From positions 83,390,001-83,454,000 of the forward strand of contig OX597823.1 of NCBI GenBank assembly GCA_951406725.2: DNA of 64,000 bases. The letters run 5' to 3'. The notes under the pieces are model-generated. The model saw nothing but the letters and a program-made list of their open reading frames with translations, made no database searches and had not been told where the DNA came from. The DNA comes from Octopus vulgaris (lineage: Eukaryota). Of the stretch, positions 12,774 through 25,732 are shown piece after piece. Position numbers and translations under genes: made by a program. Every line of letters starts with the position of its first letter. Position 1 is the first letter of the stretch.

Positions 12774-14241
12774 TGTACATGTTTGTGTGTCTGTGTTTGT
12801 CTCCTCACCATTGCTTGACAACCGATGTTGGTGTGTTTATGTCCCCATAGCTTAGCAATTCGGCAAAAGAGACCGATAGAATAAGTACTCGGCTTACAAA
12901 GCATAACTCCTGCAGTCGATTTGTTCAACTAAAGGTGGTCATCCAGCATGGCCTCAGTCACATGACTGAAACAAATAAAAGAATAAAAGAAAAGGCTGTT
13001 CTGTTGATCGGATCAACTGGAACCCTCATCGCTGTAACCAACAGAGTGCCAGTTTTTGGTTCAGTCCTTAATTCTTAAATTACCATTTCTGTTGTTTAGC
13101 CCCCGGTTAGTGTTGCATGAGCAGGATTATCAGTCAAACTATTCTGGTTATAACGATCCTACCTTTCTTTCAAACACGACACATCTAGGAGAGCATAATC
13201 TAAAATATCCTCTTAAAATTTTCTCATTTTTCCTTTTTCAAAATCTTATCTTCTATTTTTTTTTTGTTTCAATCTTTAGACTGTGGCCAAGCTGTAGCAA
13301 ATAGGTATCATCAGCAGGAAATCATCGGCCTCCTCCTCCTCCTCATCATCATCATCATCATTTAATGTCTGCTGGCACAGATTGGATGGCTTGACAAGAA
13401 CTAGCAAGGCTAGGGGCCGCACCAGGTTTCATAGTCTGTTTGGTTTGGTTTCTGCAACTGGATGGATGCCCTTCCTAACAGCAACCACTTTAGAGCATGT
13501 ATTGGGTGCTTTATACAAAACACCAGCCCCAATGCTTTTTACGAGGTACCAGCACCAGTGCTTTTTACATGGCACCATCATTTTTCACCTGTACATGCCA
13601 AGGTAGACGGCACATACAGGTGAAAAATTTTTGAGCAAGCTCGACCAGATGATGATGAGGATCAGTATGAAGAGGAGGTAAGGTGAGAGAGAGAGAGATA
13701 GAAGAGAATATTCTTTGGTGATTAGTGAGTATCCACTTAATTGGAACAGTAATAGCCATATCCTTAGAATAGGAATAATTCCACTTAGATTATAATATTC
13801 TATGTCCAGCATTGATTTCTTTCATAATTCTAAAGTAACATAATTCCTAGATTGGAATCTTACCTGTATTTATTCATTTTGTTTAATGTTCACTTTTGCA
13901 TGTCAGCATGGGTCGGATTTTTTTTTTTTTTTTTAGTTATTTGAGGAAGGATATTACAGCTGGATGCTTTTCCTGTTGTCAACCTCTATCCTTTTCCTGT
14001 ATAAGCAATCAATGCAGGACAACCAACTATAATGCCAACAAGGAATGTAAACATCTCACTGTTTTTGCTCTCATAATGACAAGCATGGAATGTCAACGTT
14101 CACACACATCTACGCACCTGCACACACACACACACACACACACGCTGACACATACTCACACACATGCTTGTATGTATCATATATGGTATGTATGTTTATT
14201 TGTTGTATCACATTTATGTTTCACTGTCTCTAAGTATATAT

Positions 14242-14277
<36 letters not shown>

Positions 14278-14335
14278 CGTTTATATATTTGTTTTGCAAG
14301 ATTCTTGATGTGAAATCGTGTGTTGAAACAGATGT

Positions 14336-14598
14336 TGTTGTATTTAGGAATGGTCATTTTGCCAGTTTAGCCAATAAAAACACACGCACTATATATCTGG
14401 TGTTAATTTGCTTCAGCTTTATTTATTTTTTTACATTAATCTTAATCTTAATTAAGATTAATGTAAAAATTAATTAAGATTAATCGTAATCTTAATTAAG
14501 ATTAATGTAAAAAATAAATAAAGCTGAAGCAAATTAACACCAAATATATAGTGCGTGTGTTTTTATTGGCTAAACTGGCAAAATGACCATTCCTAAAT

Positions 14599-14604
<6 letters not shown>
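14336..14604. repeat. Fold-back (~110-bp arms) of a repeat also present at 61960..62395
   Basis: tgttgtatttaggaatggtcattttgccagtttagcc... and its reverse complement flank a ttaattaagattaa-rich core. Confidence 0.9.
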
Positions 14605-14635
<31 letters not shown>

Positions 14636-14717
14636 CGATTCTCACCATCATCTTTTTATGTATCCCATATATCTATAAATATTTGCGTTCGTATGTAAGT
14701 AATATATTTTTAAATAA

Positions 14718-14750
<33 letters not shown>

Positions 14751-15866
14751 ATATATATATTTCCTAATCTGCAGTATTTATTGAAATGATGTGGCTGAAG
14801 TGGTTTTGTCTTTGTTAAACAATAAGCAACAGTTTCTTCCAGAGTTTTTTTTTTATTTTCTAACTTTGGTAGAAATATGAAAATTCTTATGTTAAAGAAA
14901 AGCGATACAGTATTACCAAAAAAAAATACAAAAATGAAACTAACCATGACTATTATCATTGTCCTCATCACATTTATTTCAATTTAATTTTTAAATACCC
15001 TGTCTATTAAACATGTCAGAACTTACATTAATATTGTTTTTCATGTGATGGTGTCTTTAAATATTTTAATTTATAAGCAATACTTTTTCTTTTTTTTTAT
15101 GCCAGCAAATTTATAATCTTGTATAGTCACTTAATCCTTTCATCATTGCTTAAGCTAGTATTGGTGATAGCTATGCTTTGATGATGAGGTCAGACTGAGG
15201 GTGAAATATGACCAGAGTTGTCTTTTGTACTTGCTGGGAAAATGGAAATAATTTTGGCCATTGACTTTTTTTTTTACTTTTCCTTGCCTTATAATGATTT
15301 CCAGTTAGCTGTTTAATATTCAGTTAATTAAATACAACATAAATAGTGTTTATTTTATTTTTAACTACTTTGAGTTAGTAATCTACTAACATAATTTTTC
15401 TTTCTAATGCAACAAAATTAACACAGAATTTTTAAAAATTTTTTTATCCAAAAAAAAAAAAAATCAACTAGTCCTTGACACAAACACATTTTTAATTTAT
15501 TTATATATTTATTTTTTGATATCAAAGACCCTTTGACATATAAAGGAAATCCTTAAATTTAAGGCTGATATTTTTGTGGAAGAGAGGTAAAAACAGTCAT
15601 TAATGAAAAATTGTTATTTACTTGGTGAATGATGAGTCAGATAAACAGGAAATAAGGTTGACCTCAAAATGAAGTACTTGCATCATTGACTCATTTATCT
15701 GTGTGTTTAATCTTGCTTGGTGATCCTTCAGCTAAAATACCAAGACAAATACAATCTGTATTACAAGCTGTTGTCATGATAAGATACTGAGTTGCTAATA
15801 ACTAACTCATCAGAGATCAAATCTACTATGCAGTGCTGCAATCTTTTTTTTTTTTTTTTTCATATA

Positions 15867-16424
15867 CAGGGTGTCCATAAAGTCTCTTTACAATTTTAAA
15901 ATTATATTACAAAGGCAGTTGACAAGATATCTTAACCAGATTTATTTTATTGTAATAATTGTTTATCAAAGTTTTGTAACTGTTATTTAATATACCTCAA
16001 TATGGGCACCATTAGTTGCGTAAAGCACATCAAGACGGTATTCGATTTCTTGCCATGTTCGCTGTAGGATAGCTTCATCAACAGTGGCAATGGCATTATG
16101 AACCCTTTGCTTCAAGTTTAGCAATGTCCTGTATTTCTGGTTGATACATGATATCTTTTACATAACCCCATAAAAAGAAGTCCAATGGAGTGATATCTGG
16201 CCATGGAATTGGCCCATCCCTTCCAATCCATCAGTCTGGAAATCTTTGATTGAGGAACTGATTCACTCCCTTCCATCGACAGAGTATCTGAAACACAAAA
16301 ATTTAATATCAATAAAAACTTAAATAAACAATTATTAAAATAAGATAAATCTGGTTAAAATGTCTCATCAACTGCCTTCATAATAATTTTTTTTTAATTG
16401 TAAAGAGACTTTATGGACACCCTG
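15867..16424 (-). mobile_element. Non-autonomous Tc1/mariner-superfamily element
   Basis: TA-flanked perfect TIRs CAGGGTGTCCATAAAGTCTCTTTACAATT. Minus-strand remnant PDITPLDFFLWGYVKDIMY. Confidence 0.9.
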
Positions 16425-16828
16425 TATATAATTTACTTTCAAAGAATAATATTGATGGTGGAACTGAAAATAGGGCCTTGTAGTCAGTATTTATATTATC
16501 ATCCAAGCCTACAGGAGGATCCCTTTTAGCAGAGCTTATAAAACCCTTCTGAGATTTATACGCTTATAGTGTGAGCCGTTATACTTTGTGATAGCCTCTT
16601 AAAGTGAGTTGACTTGAAACAGTGTTCGTCAAGTGTTTTAATTATTAACACACCACTGTACTAGTGACACTATATGAAGTAATGATGTTTTGCTTGAAGT
16701 GGTATTGAACCACTGATTCCTGGCTCTTTGTTGTTACCACTCACTTTTTTTTTTTTGTATTTTTATATCAAGAGGAAGGACAGCATCCAAGATCCTGCAA
16801 AACTGACTCCCTCACTTCACCCAATTAA

Positions 16829-17048
16829 CCCTGAAGCATTTAAACCAGTCATATCTGGCCAAAATATTCTACTTGTTTTATGTTCAAACTGGCCAGATCT
16901 AACCTCTCAAACCTACCTGGCAATGTCATTCTAAAAATAAACAATCACATCTAAATATCCAAGCTGCAAGATAATGCATGATTAATTCAAAACAAATATG
17001 CAAAAATAAGTATTAAATTTAACAGAGAGTAACTTGAATGTTCAAGGG
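16829..17048. mobile_element. piggyBac-type MITE
   Basis: TTAA at 16825-28 and 17049-52; imperfect TIRs CCCTGAAGCATTT / CCCTTGAACATTC. Confidence 0.7.
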
Positions 17049-17637
17049 TTAACCGTTTTGCTCCCTATGATGGCATTGGCTATCAACGACTTTCCTCAAC
17101 TGTTCTCAACTCTGGGCTGTCTTTCCTGCTTCTCCCAAATTGCATCCCTGCTTTTTCAGCTCTGCTTCGATGTTCTGCCTCCAGTTATTTTTAGGGCATC
17201 CTCTCTTCTACCTCCCTTGTGAGATCCAGGTCGGGACTTCATGTGTAACCTAGGATGCTGGTTTCCTTAATGTGTAACCTATTTATCCTTTCAGATTTCG
17301 CTACACTACATTTTGCATTTCCTTGAAGGAAAGCCTTCCTCCCCCATGTCTTGTTGGTTTTAAGTTGCAATCAAACCTTCTGTAATGTGTTTTTTTTTTG
17401 CTTGTGGGTAGATGGTATCTTAAAAGTTAGCTACAGTTTTCTTCTTCACTCATTCCAACTCATAAGGACCATTTTCCCAGTTTCTATGACATATGTATTC
17501 CCCATCTGGATGGGATGCTGGTCTGTCACTGGATTACCCATTGTTTTCCAGCTGCGTGGCCTAGAGCAACATGAATGGAGTGTTTTACCCCAGAACACAA
17601 CGTGTCACCTAGCCCAGGAATTGAAACCACAATCTTA

Positions 17638-17927
17638 CGACATAGGGTTAACACCCTGATTACTAGGCCATGTGCCTGCACTGTAGGAGGTATGGCCTTA
17701 TACAAAACCATTTTTACCTTTGGGAAGAGATGGTCTGTATTAGACTGACCTCTATCCTTTGACCCATTCCACAGGGGAGACCCGACATAGGGTTAACACC
17801 CTGATTACTAGGCCATGTGCCTGCACTGTAGGAGGTATGGCCTTATACAAAACCATTTTTACCTTTGGGAAGAGATGGTCTGTATTAGACTGACCTCTAT
17901 CCTTTGACCCATTCCACAGGGGAGACC
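17638..17927 (+). repeat. Apparently exact 145-bp tandem duplication
   Basis: cgacatagggttaac...ggggagacc at 17638..17782 and 17783..17927. Confidence 0.9.
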
Positions 17928-18478
17928 CTAACTGGAGCATTTACTTTCCTGGTATAGCTCTCAGTGTCACTGAGACACAAAAGCCACCCACACCACAACA
18001 AAGGGAAAAGAAAGGTGGAAAAACAACCTATCATGACTTATAGCTAACCACTGCTCTGATTTCTATCAGTAGCAAGCTGCAAGTCAATAGTAACAAGGGT
18101 GAGGCTGCAAGCAAATAAATAAATGTTTTTTCTCCTTTGACCTACTTTTTTTTTTTTTTTTGTCCTTTGACCTACATTGTTCACTAAAATCACTAACTGA
18201 AAGCTTCATGGTTGAGATGTTTGCAATAAAAAGGGCAGCTAGCCATGTATGAAATATTTTGCTTTGACAGCTTACAAATATCTGAATTTGCAGCAGCATC
18301 CTACCCATGCTCGTATGGGAGAGTAAAAAGGATGTGAAATGCTTAAAACAAACTTATGAAACACATTCCAGTATTCCAGTGTGCATACACACATATGCAT
18401 ATATGTATGCATCTATGTGTGCTTGTAATATACATACATATATATATATACATATGTATATGCATGTATATATATATG

Positions 18479-18512
<34 letters not shown>

Positions 18513-18524
18513 GTATGTGTGTAT

Positions 18525-18568
<44 letters not shown>

Positions 18569-18614
18569 AACATATATGTATATATGTACACATGTATGTA
18601 TATATAGATATAGA

Positions 18615-18661
<47 letters not shown>

Positions 18662-19572
18662 ATGTGTATGTATGTATGTCTGCATATATATATATATATA
18701 TATCAGTTGAATAAAGTTAAGACAGTCTGATTTTAAGAGGTTTTTTTTTTATGGTATTTTAACAAAATTAGCACTTTCATACATACTCATCAGATTTCAA
18801 ATGTGTTTAAATGACAGTTGAGTCCTCGACAACTTTAGATAATATATAAAAGCAATAATTTTGTTAAAATACCATAAAAGAAAAAAAACTGAAACCAGAC
18901 TACATTTTAACTTTATTCAACTGATATACTATTCTATACACATTCACACGAATTCCAAACAAAATATACATACATACATATGTATATATATATATGCACA
19001 TACACACATATATATACATACACACACACACGTTTAAATTAAATTTTTGGTTTTGTATTCCATAGCTATTCTTCTTTATGTTGTTCCACAAATGTCTCAG
19101 AGAATATACAATGTAAATTATTATATAACAAGAAAAAAAATAATTAATATATTTTTATCAAATTGTCTATCTTTACCTCATTGTCAATGATCTCAAGGAA
19201 AAATTCTAACTGGTTTTGTTTTGTTCTTTAAAATGGTATCTGTGGTGTATGAATTAATGGAAATAAAAATAAAATTTCAACAATTACATATTTGTTTGTA
19301 TCTTTATTTATATTTTTGACTTGTATCAAGAATTTCAGTCTAGCTCATGAATTACAGTATTTATTTTTAAATCTAGTACGTATGCTGTCAGTCTCTTTTG
19401 CCAAACTGCTGGATGATAGGGATGCAAACACACTAACACAGGTTGAGAAGCAGTGTTAAGGGACCAGCACAAGCACAACGATACAAAGATATATATACAT
19501 ATATATAAGAATTTTTTGCGTAATAAGATAAATAAACCAAGGCTGTATAGATATTAGAGCATTTATAGATAG

Positions 19573-19628
19573 GTCTTACAGCTGTTTCTAGGATATTTAT
19601 TTATAATAATATCCCTACATCGGAGACA
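19573..19628 (-). ncRNA. Hammerhead-like motif in a Penelope-like remnant
   Basis: Minus strand: gtct-CCGATGT-agggatat...atatccta-GAAACAGCTGT-A-agac. Stem I gtct/agac, palindromic stem III; core is degenerate. Confidence 0.5.
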
Positions 19629-20029
19629 GTGTGAGAGGATGATTAAGTCATAGTTAGTTTAGATGTGATACAAATAGAGAGAGTGAGGTGGAGGAAATAA
19701 ATGAAAATAGATGTATGATATGTATGGGTATTGAAGTTGTAAATCCATTTTATAGGCATAATGGTATATATGCAATATTACAATATCCTATGAGTAAAGT
19801 CCAAAAGTCCAACAGAGTTCAAAATGAGTCCTTCCAAATATAGAGTTTATAAGCAATGTAAGATTCCCTTATGAGTGAGATCCAGCAGATCTTTAAAACT
19901 TGGTCATTCCCAGTAGGGAATTTATATACAGTGTTACAGAGTCAAGGGTTTCAGCATTACCTGACACCTTTGGGTCTCAATGACACCATTATCTCTTATA
20001 TATATATATATGTTTAAAACTCTGATTGT

Positions 20030-20525
20030 AAAGACCTGTTGAGGCAAGTGAAATTGAAATCAAATTCAAAGACTGGCATCCGTACTAGTGGAGCGCTAAG
20101 AGTACCATCCGAGCATGATCGTTGCCAGAGCAGCTAAACGGCTTCCGTGCTGGTGGCACATAAAAAGCACCGTTCAAGCGTGATCATTACCAGCGTCGCC
20201 TTACTAGTACCTGTGCCAGGGGTATGTGAAAAAACAACGAGGTCGTTGCCAGTGCCGCTGGACTGGCTCCTGTGCAGATGGTACGTAAAAAACACCATTT
20301 GAGCATGGCCATTGCCAGTACTGCCTGACTGGCCCTCATACCAGTGGCATGTAAAAGCACCCACTACACTCTCGGAGTGGTTGGCGTTAGGAAGGGCATC
20401 CAGCTGTAGAAACTCTGCCAGATCAGATTGGAGCCTGGTGCAGCCATCTGGTTTGCCAGTCCTCAGTCAAATCGTCCAACCCATGCTAGCATGGAAAGCA
20501 GACATTAAACGGTGATGATGATGAT
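20030..20525 (+). mobile_element. 3' UTR portion of RTE-type LINE with (GAT)n tail
   Basis: Matches 41850..42405. Further copies at 1727..1935, 13343..13570, 21171..21535, 28379..28547, 42455..42725, 47574..47790 and 52490..53190. Confidence 0.8.
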
Positions 20526-21647
20526 ATATATATATTGTTTTAAATATTAAGATTATAATTAGCTTATCTAAAAGATACCATCATGCTAGATATAGCAGTC
20601 AAAACTTGACTCTAAAACCACATCAAATATTCATATGTATGAATGTTTGATGTGGTAGCATGATGGTATCTTTTAGATACCCCTAATTATAATTTTGATA
20701 ATAATAATTATTATCTATGAGGTTTTTATTCCCATGCTAGCCACTTGATATGATTGGTATTTTAAATAACAATCTTATCCTTATTTATATAAATTTATAC
20801 TGTTTTAAATATATATATGTGGGAATTTTGACTGGTAGCTGTTGGTGCTGCCACCTATGGTTGCTTTTAGATGTAAGAGACAGACAGAAAGAGAGTTTGC
20901 TAAGAAATGGAAGGGAGGAAGAATTTTTCTTCAAGGGGAGAGAACCACTCAAGGCTTATATTTTTTTTTAACTTTTACTTTATTATTATTATAATGTGAG
21001 GTCATTTTCTTGTGAGTAAGACAACATAGGAAATAATGTTTCCATTTTGGGTGTCCTTGTAGCTGCAGATAATGTATTTCACTCTTTTTGAAGCTTTCAA
21101 TAGAAAGTAACTTGAGATTATGACACTAGTTGGTCTATTTTCGTTTGAAACATTTAGATATATATATATATGACGTGATCGTTGTCAGAGCGACTAACTG
21201 GCATTCATGCCGGTGGCATGTAAAAAGCACCATTCGAGCATGATCCTTACCAGCGTCACCTTACTGGCACTTGTGCTGGTGTGCAGGTGACACGTAAAAA
21301 ACAAAAAGAATATTTTTGTGGCTGTTGATTGTACCACCTGACTAGCCTTAGTGCCGGTGGCACGTAAAAGCACCCACTACACTCTCAGCATGGTTGGTGT
21401 AAGGAAGGGCATCCAGGTTGCCAGATCAAGATTGGAGCCTGGTGCAGCCATCTGGTTTGCCAATCCTCAGTCAAATCGTCCAACCCATGCTAGCATGGAA
21501 AGCAGATGTTAAACGATGATGATGATGATGATGATATATATCTATATATATCTTAGTATTTCAGTCAATAACTGATGGAGAATTAGGGTCCCCCTGTGTC
21601 TGTCCTACATGTACATGTTGTAGTATTTAATGCATTTTTCAAATATT

Positions 21648-21695
<48 letters not shown>

Positions 21696-22114
21696 AATTG
21701 AGATAGGGGCTGTAAATGCAACCATCCATGGGATAACATATATCCAATATACTGCTAGTCTAGTACCCAACAAAGTTAATACATAAATGTTAATGATTGC
21801 GATGTAATCAATTCATTTACTGTATTATATGGGCAAAGGTAAAAAGATTTACCACAAATTACTAATACAAGATAAAAAAATGGAGAAATACATCTAAATC
21901 AAATATCAATTACCAGATAATACTCAATCACATACTTTATTAAACCACCACATAAGAGACTGTAGGGTTAGATATAAAAAGCAGAACAAATCAGTGTACA
22001 TAAAGGAATGTACATAAAAAAGTGTACATAAAAAAAAGTAATGTTGTATAATAAGTAGAATATATATAAAAGAGAATATAAATATAAGTAAATATAAATA
22101 TAAGTATAGATTAC

Positions 22115-22241
22115 ATCTTACAGCTGTTTCGGCCATGTAGATAAGTATGTCTCATTTTACCAATATTAGCCCTTTATGGTAGGTCAATATATAGATATAA
22201 ATGAGACATTTACAAAAATATCATAAGGCCTCTTCGGAGAT
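22115..22241 (-). ncRNA. Type I hammerhead ribozyme motif (left-arm copy)
   Basis: Minus strand: atct-CCGAAGA-GGCC...GGCC-GAAACAGCTGT-A-agat. Confidence 0.6.
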
Positions 22242-22743
22242 TATGTAATATAAATCAGTCTACATATGTACCCACATGGGTGTGGGTGCATACCCATAAT
22301 ACAACATATACATATACATATAAGTGCTTATACTCACACTCTTATACATATAAAAATATACATATACATAATGATATAAGTAAATAATATAAATTAGTAA
22401 ACATATATATGTGTTCTACATCCAATGTCTCAGTTTTTTCGACTCAATATTGTGATAATAAACATACACAAATTAGTACCTAGATGCAAATATACATAGT
22501 CAATAGTACATAATATTGCTTCATACTAATTTCTAAAGTCTCATTAAAGTTAGCATCATTATCGTTGTTAATATCATTAATGTTATCATTATTATCATTC
22601 ATAATATTATTAATAACGCTTACATTAGGATCCAGAGCAGTATATATTTATGTCCGGGTTCCAGTTGGTACTTACTATATTAGGTTTATCTCTGTGCCCT
22701 CCTTAATTTGTATTCCATTTTATTTATCTATTTATCTATACAT

Positions 22744-22784
<41 letters not shown>

Positions 22785-23898
22785 TATTTATTTAATTATT
22801 TATTTTTGTTTATTTGGCACTTACTAATCTATAATTAATTTAATTTATAATTAATAAACTTATTCTAAGTTAATAGTAATTTCTGTAGGTGTGTGAAAAT
22901 GTGTATGTGTACGTATATATGTTTTTGTTCATATAGGTATGATAGTGGGTGGATGTACGGATGCGCGTTTTTATTACACATATGAGCACGCAGGTGCGTA
23001 CTTGGATGTGTATAAATGTATATGCGAATATTTATTCATGGGTGGATATAAATATAGGTTTTATTGGTACATATGAGTGCGCAGATATATATTTAAATAT
23101 ATATATATGTGTGTGCGAAAGTTCCCTGACACAGTATAGGAAAGTGTATTAATATTTATGCGTATATGCGGATGTACGTGTGAGTGTGTGTGTTAGTGTT
23201 AGACACTGCTGCCTGTACTGATTTGTCTATAAGCCATGTGATGACAGACATGCACTCTGCAACTTAGCGTATGTGTAGAGAGGTGTAGGGGTGTATTCAT
23301 GTGTGTGTGAGTCTCTGTGTGGATGTGTGGGTTTAGGGTTAGATGTGGTTGTGTATGTTTTGCTTGTACGGTGTGGTGGAAGTCGGGCGGCTCTCAATTG
23401 ACCAACCGTGCGGAAGATAATGATAATTTTAAATTCAAATCCAATAGTGTATTTATGTCATAAGGAAAATTACCAACTGGAACCCGGACATAAATATATA
23501 CCGCTCTGGATCCTAATGTAAGCGTTATTAATAATATTATGAATGATAATAATGATAACATTAATGATATTAACAATGATAATGATGCTAACTTTAATGA
23601 GACTTTAGAAATTAGTATGAAGCAATATTATGTACTATTGACTATGTATATTTGCATCTAGGTACTAATTTGTGTATGTTTATTATCACAATATTGAGTC
23701 GAAAAACTGAGACATTGGATGTAGAACACATATATATGTTTACTAATTTATATTATTTACTTATATCATTATGTATATGTATATTTTTATATGTATAAGA
23801 GTGTGAGTATATGCACTCATATGTATATGTATATGTTGTATTATGGGTATGCAGCCACACCCATGTGGGTATATATGTAGACTGATTTATATTACATA

Positions 23899-24025
23899 AT
23901 CTCCGAAGAGGCCTTATGATATTTTTGTAAATGTCTCATTTATATCTATATATTGACCTACCATAAAGGGCTAATATTGGTAAAATGAGACATACTTATC
24001 TACATGGCTGAAACAGCTGTAAGAT
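23899..24025 (+). ncRNA. Type I hammerhead ribozyme motif with long stem-II insert
   Basis: atct-CCGAAGA-GGCC-(~92 nt including the atgtctcattt/aaatgagacat helix)-GGCT-GAAACAGCTGT-A-agat. GUA cleavage triplet; U4C core variant. Confidence 0.6.
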
Positions 24026-24270
24026 GTAATCTATACTTATATTTATATTTACTTATATTTATATTCTCTTTTATATATATTCTACTTATTATACAACATT
24101 ACTTTTTTTTATGTACACTTTTTTATGTACATTCCTTTATGTACACTGATTTGTTCTGCTTTTTATATCTAACCCTACAGTCTCTTATGTGGTGGTTTAA
24201 TAAAGTATGTGATTGAGTATTATCTGGTAATTGATATTTGATTTAGATGTATTTCTCCATTTTCTTATCT

Positions 24271-24302
<32 letters not shown>

Positions 24303-24305
<3 letters not shown>

Positions 24306-24509
24306 TTTTACTCTTTTACTTTTACTTGTTACAGTCATTTGATTGTGGCCATGCTGGAGCACTGCCTTTAGTCGAGCAAATCAACCCCAGGACTTAATTT
24401 TTGTAAGCCTAGTACTTATTCTATCGGTATCTTTTGTCGAAGCGCTAAGGTACAGGGACGTAAACACACCAGCATCAGTTGTCAAGCGATGCTGGGGACA
24501 CAAACACAT

Positions 24510-24540
<31 letters not shown>

Positions 24541-24690
24541 CAACAGGCTTCTTTCAGTTTCCATCTACCAAATCCACTCACAACGCTTTGGTTGGCCTGA
24601 GGCTATAGTAGAAGACACTTGCCCAAGGTGCCACGCAGTAGGACTGATCCCAGAACCATGTGGTTGGTAAGCAAGCTACTTACCACACGG
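24303..24690 (-). mobile_element. SINE family A
   Basis: Near full-length copy, head-to-head with 24775..25198. Confidence 0.85.
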
Positions 24691-24774
24691 TTACAGAATG
24701 GAGTCGATAAGATCCGGGCTACATATGTTTCATAGTGAGTGGAATCTCAGAGGTAGTAAATATAGGCATTAGAG

Positions 24775-24937
24775 TAGCTGTGTGGTAAGTAGCTTGCTTA
24801 CCAACCACATGGTTCCGGGTTCAGTCCCACTGCGTGGCACCTTGGGCAAGTGTCTTCTGCTATAGACTCGGGTCGACCAAAGCCTTGAGTGGATTTGTTA
24901 GACAGAAAATGAAAGGAGCCTGTTGTATATATGTATC

Positions 24938-24976
<39 letters not shown>

Positions 24977-25198
24977 ATGTGTGTGTGTGTATATGTTTGT
25001 GTGTCTGTGTTTGTTCCCCCAACATCGCTTGACAACCGATACTGGTGTGTTTACGTCCCCATCACTTAGTTGTTCGGCAAGAGAGACCAATAGAATAAGT
25101 TCTAGGATTACAAAGAATAAGTTCTGGGGTCGATCTGCTCGACTAAAAGCAGTGCTCCAGTATGGCCACAGTCAAATGACTAAAACAAGTAAAAGAGT
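24775..25198 (+). mobile_element. SINE family A
   Basis: gctgtgtggtaagtagcttgcttaccaaccacatggttccgggttcagtccc head, central microsatellite, tail ...gactaaaacaagtaaaagag. Confidence 0.85.
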
Positions 25199-25732
25199 GT
25201 ATTCAAGCGAGTTATAAACAAGCAGGCTACTCTTCAGGCCAAGAATTTTTCCTTACTTTAAAAAATTTTTTTTTCTTTCTCCCTTATTTCACCTGCCTGC
25301 CTTCATAAACTTACAGGTACATAAGCCAACATACACCTCTGCTATGTCATACTGTAAACGCACACACCTCAACTGAAAACCAGTAGTAGCCACCACGATT
25401 CTTCCCCATTCTTTCTTGCTTTTTTCATGCACATGTACATTTTTCTCCCCCTGACCGAAAACATTTCCCCATCCTCTTCCCTCCTCATTATTATTTTCTA
25501 ATACCACTCCCCTTGCTAATTTCTTCTCAATAAACCAGTATTATCCTTGAAAGTTGTTTTTTTTTATATTTATTATGGATTGCTTGAAGCTAACTTTCTT
25601 CCTACACCTCGATCCCTGCAAAACACAGCAAACTAAAATGACCAAATATGAGTATTTACATACAATGAGTCAACTGAGTAAAAATATAAAAAATTACTAG
25701 CGTTCCCTGTCCACCTTTGTTTTCCTTATATA

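Larger units (their letters stand above)
21865..24275. mobile_element. Penelope-like remnant with ~805-bp inverted terminal duplication (arms 21865..22670 and 23471..24275)
   Basis: Near-identical inverted arms (identical 70-aa spurious ORFs on opposite strands) around an 800-bp spacer. Each arm carries a hammerhead motif, as expected of PLE pseudo-LTRs. Confidence 0.7.

Noticed and set aside
21924-24216. Identical 70-aa ORFs on opposite strands
   Set aside because: By-product of the inverted duplication of AT-rich DNA; no domain features.
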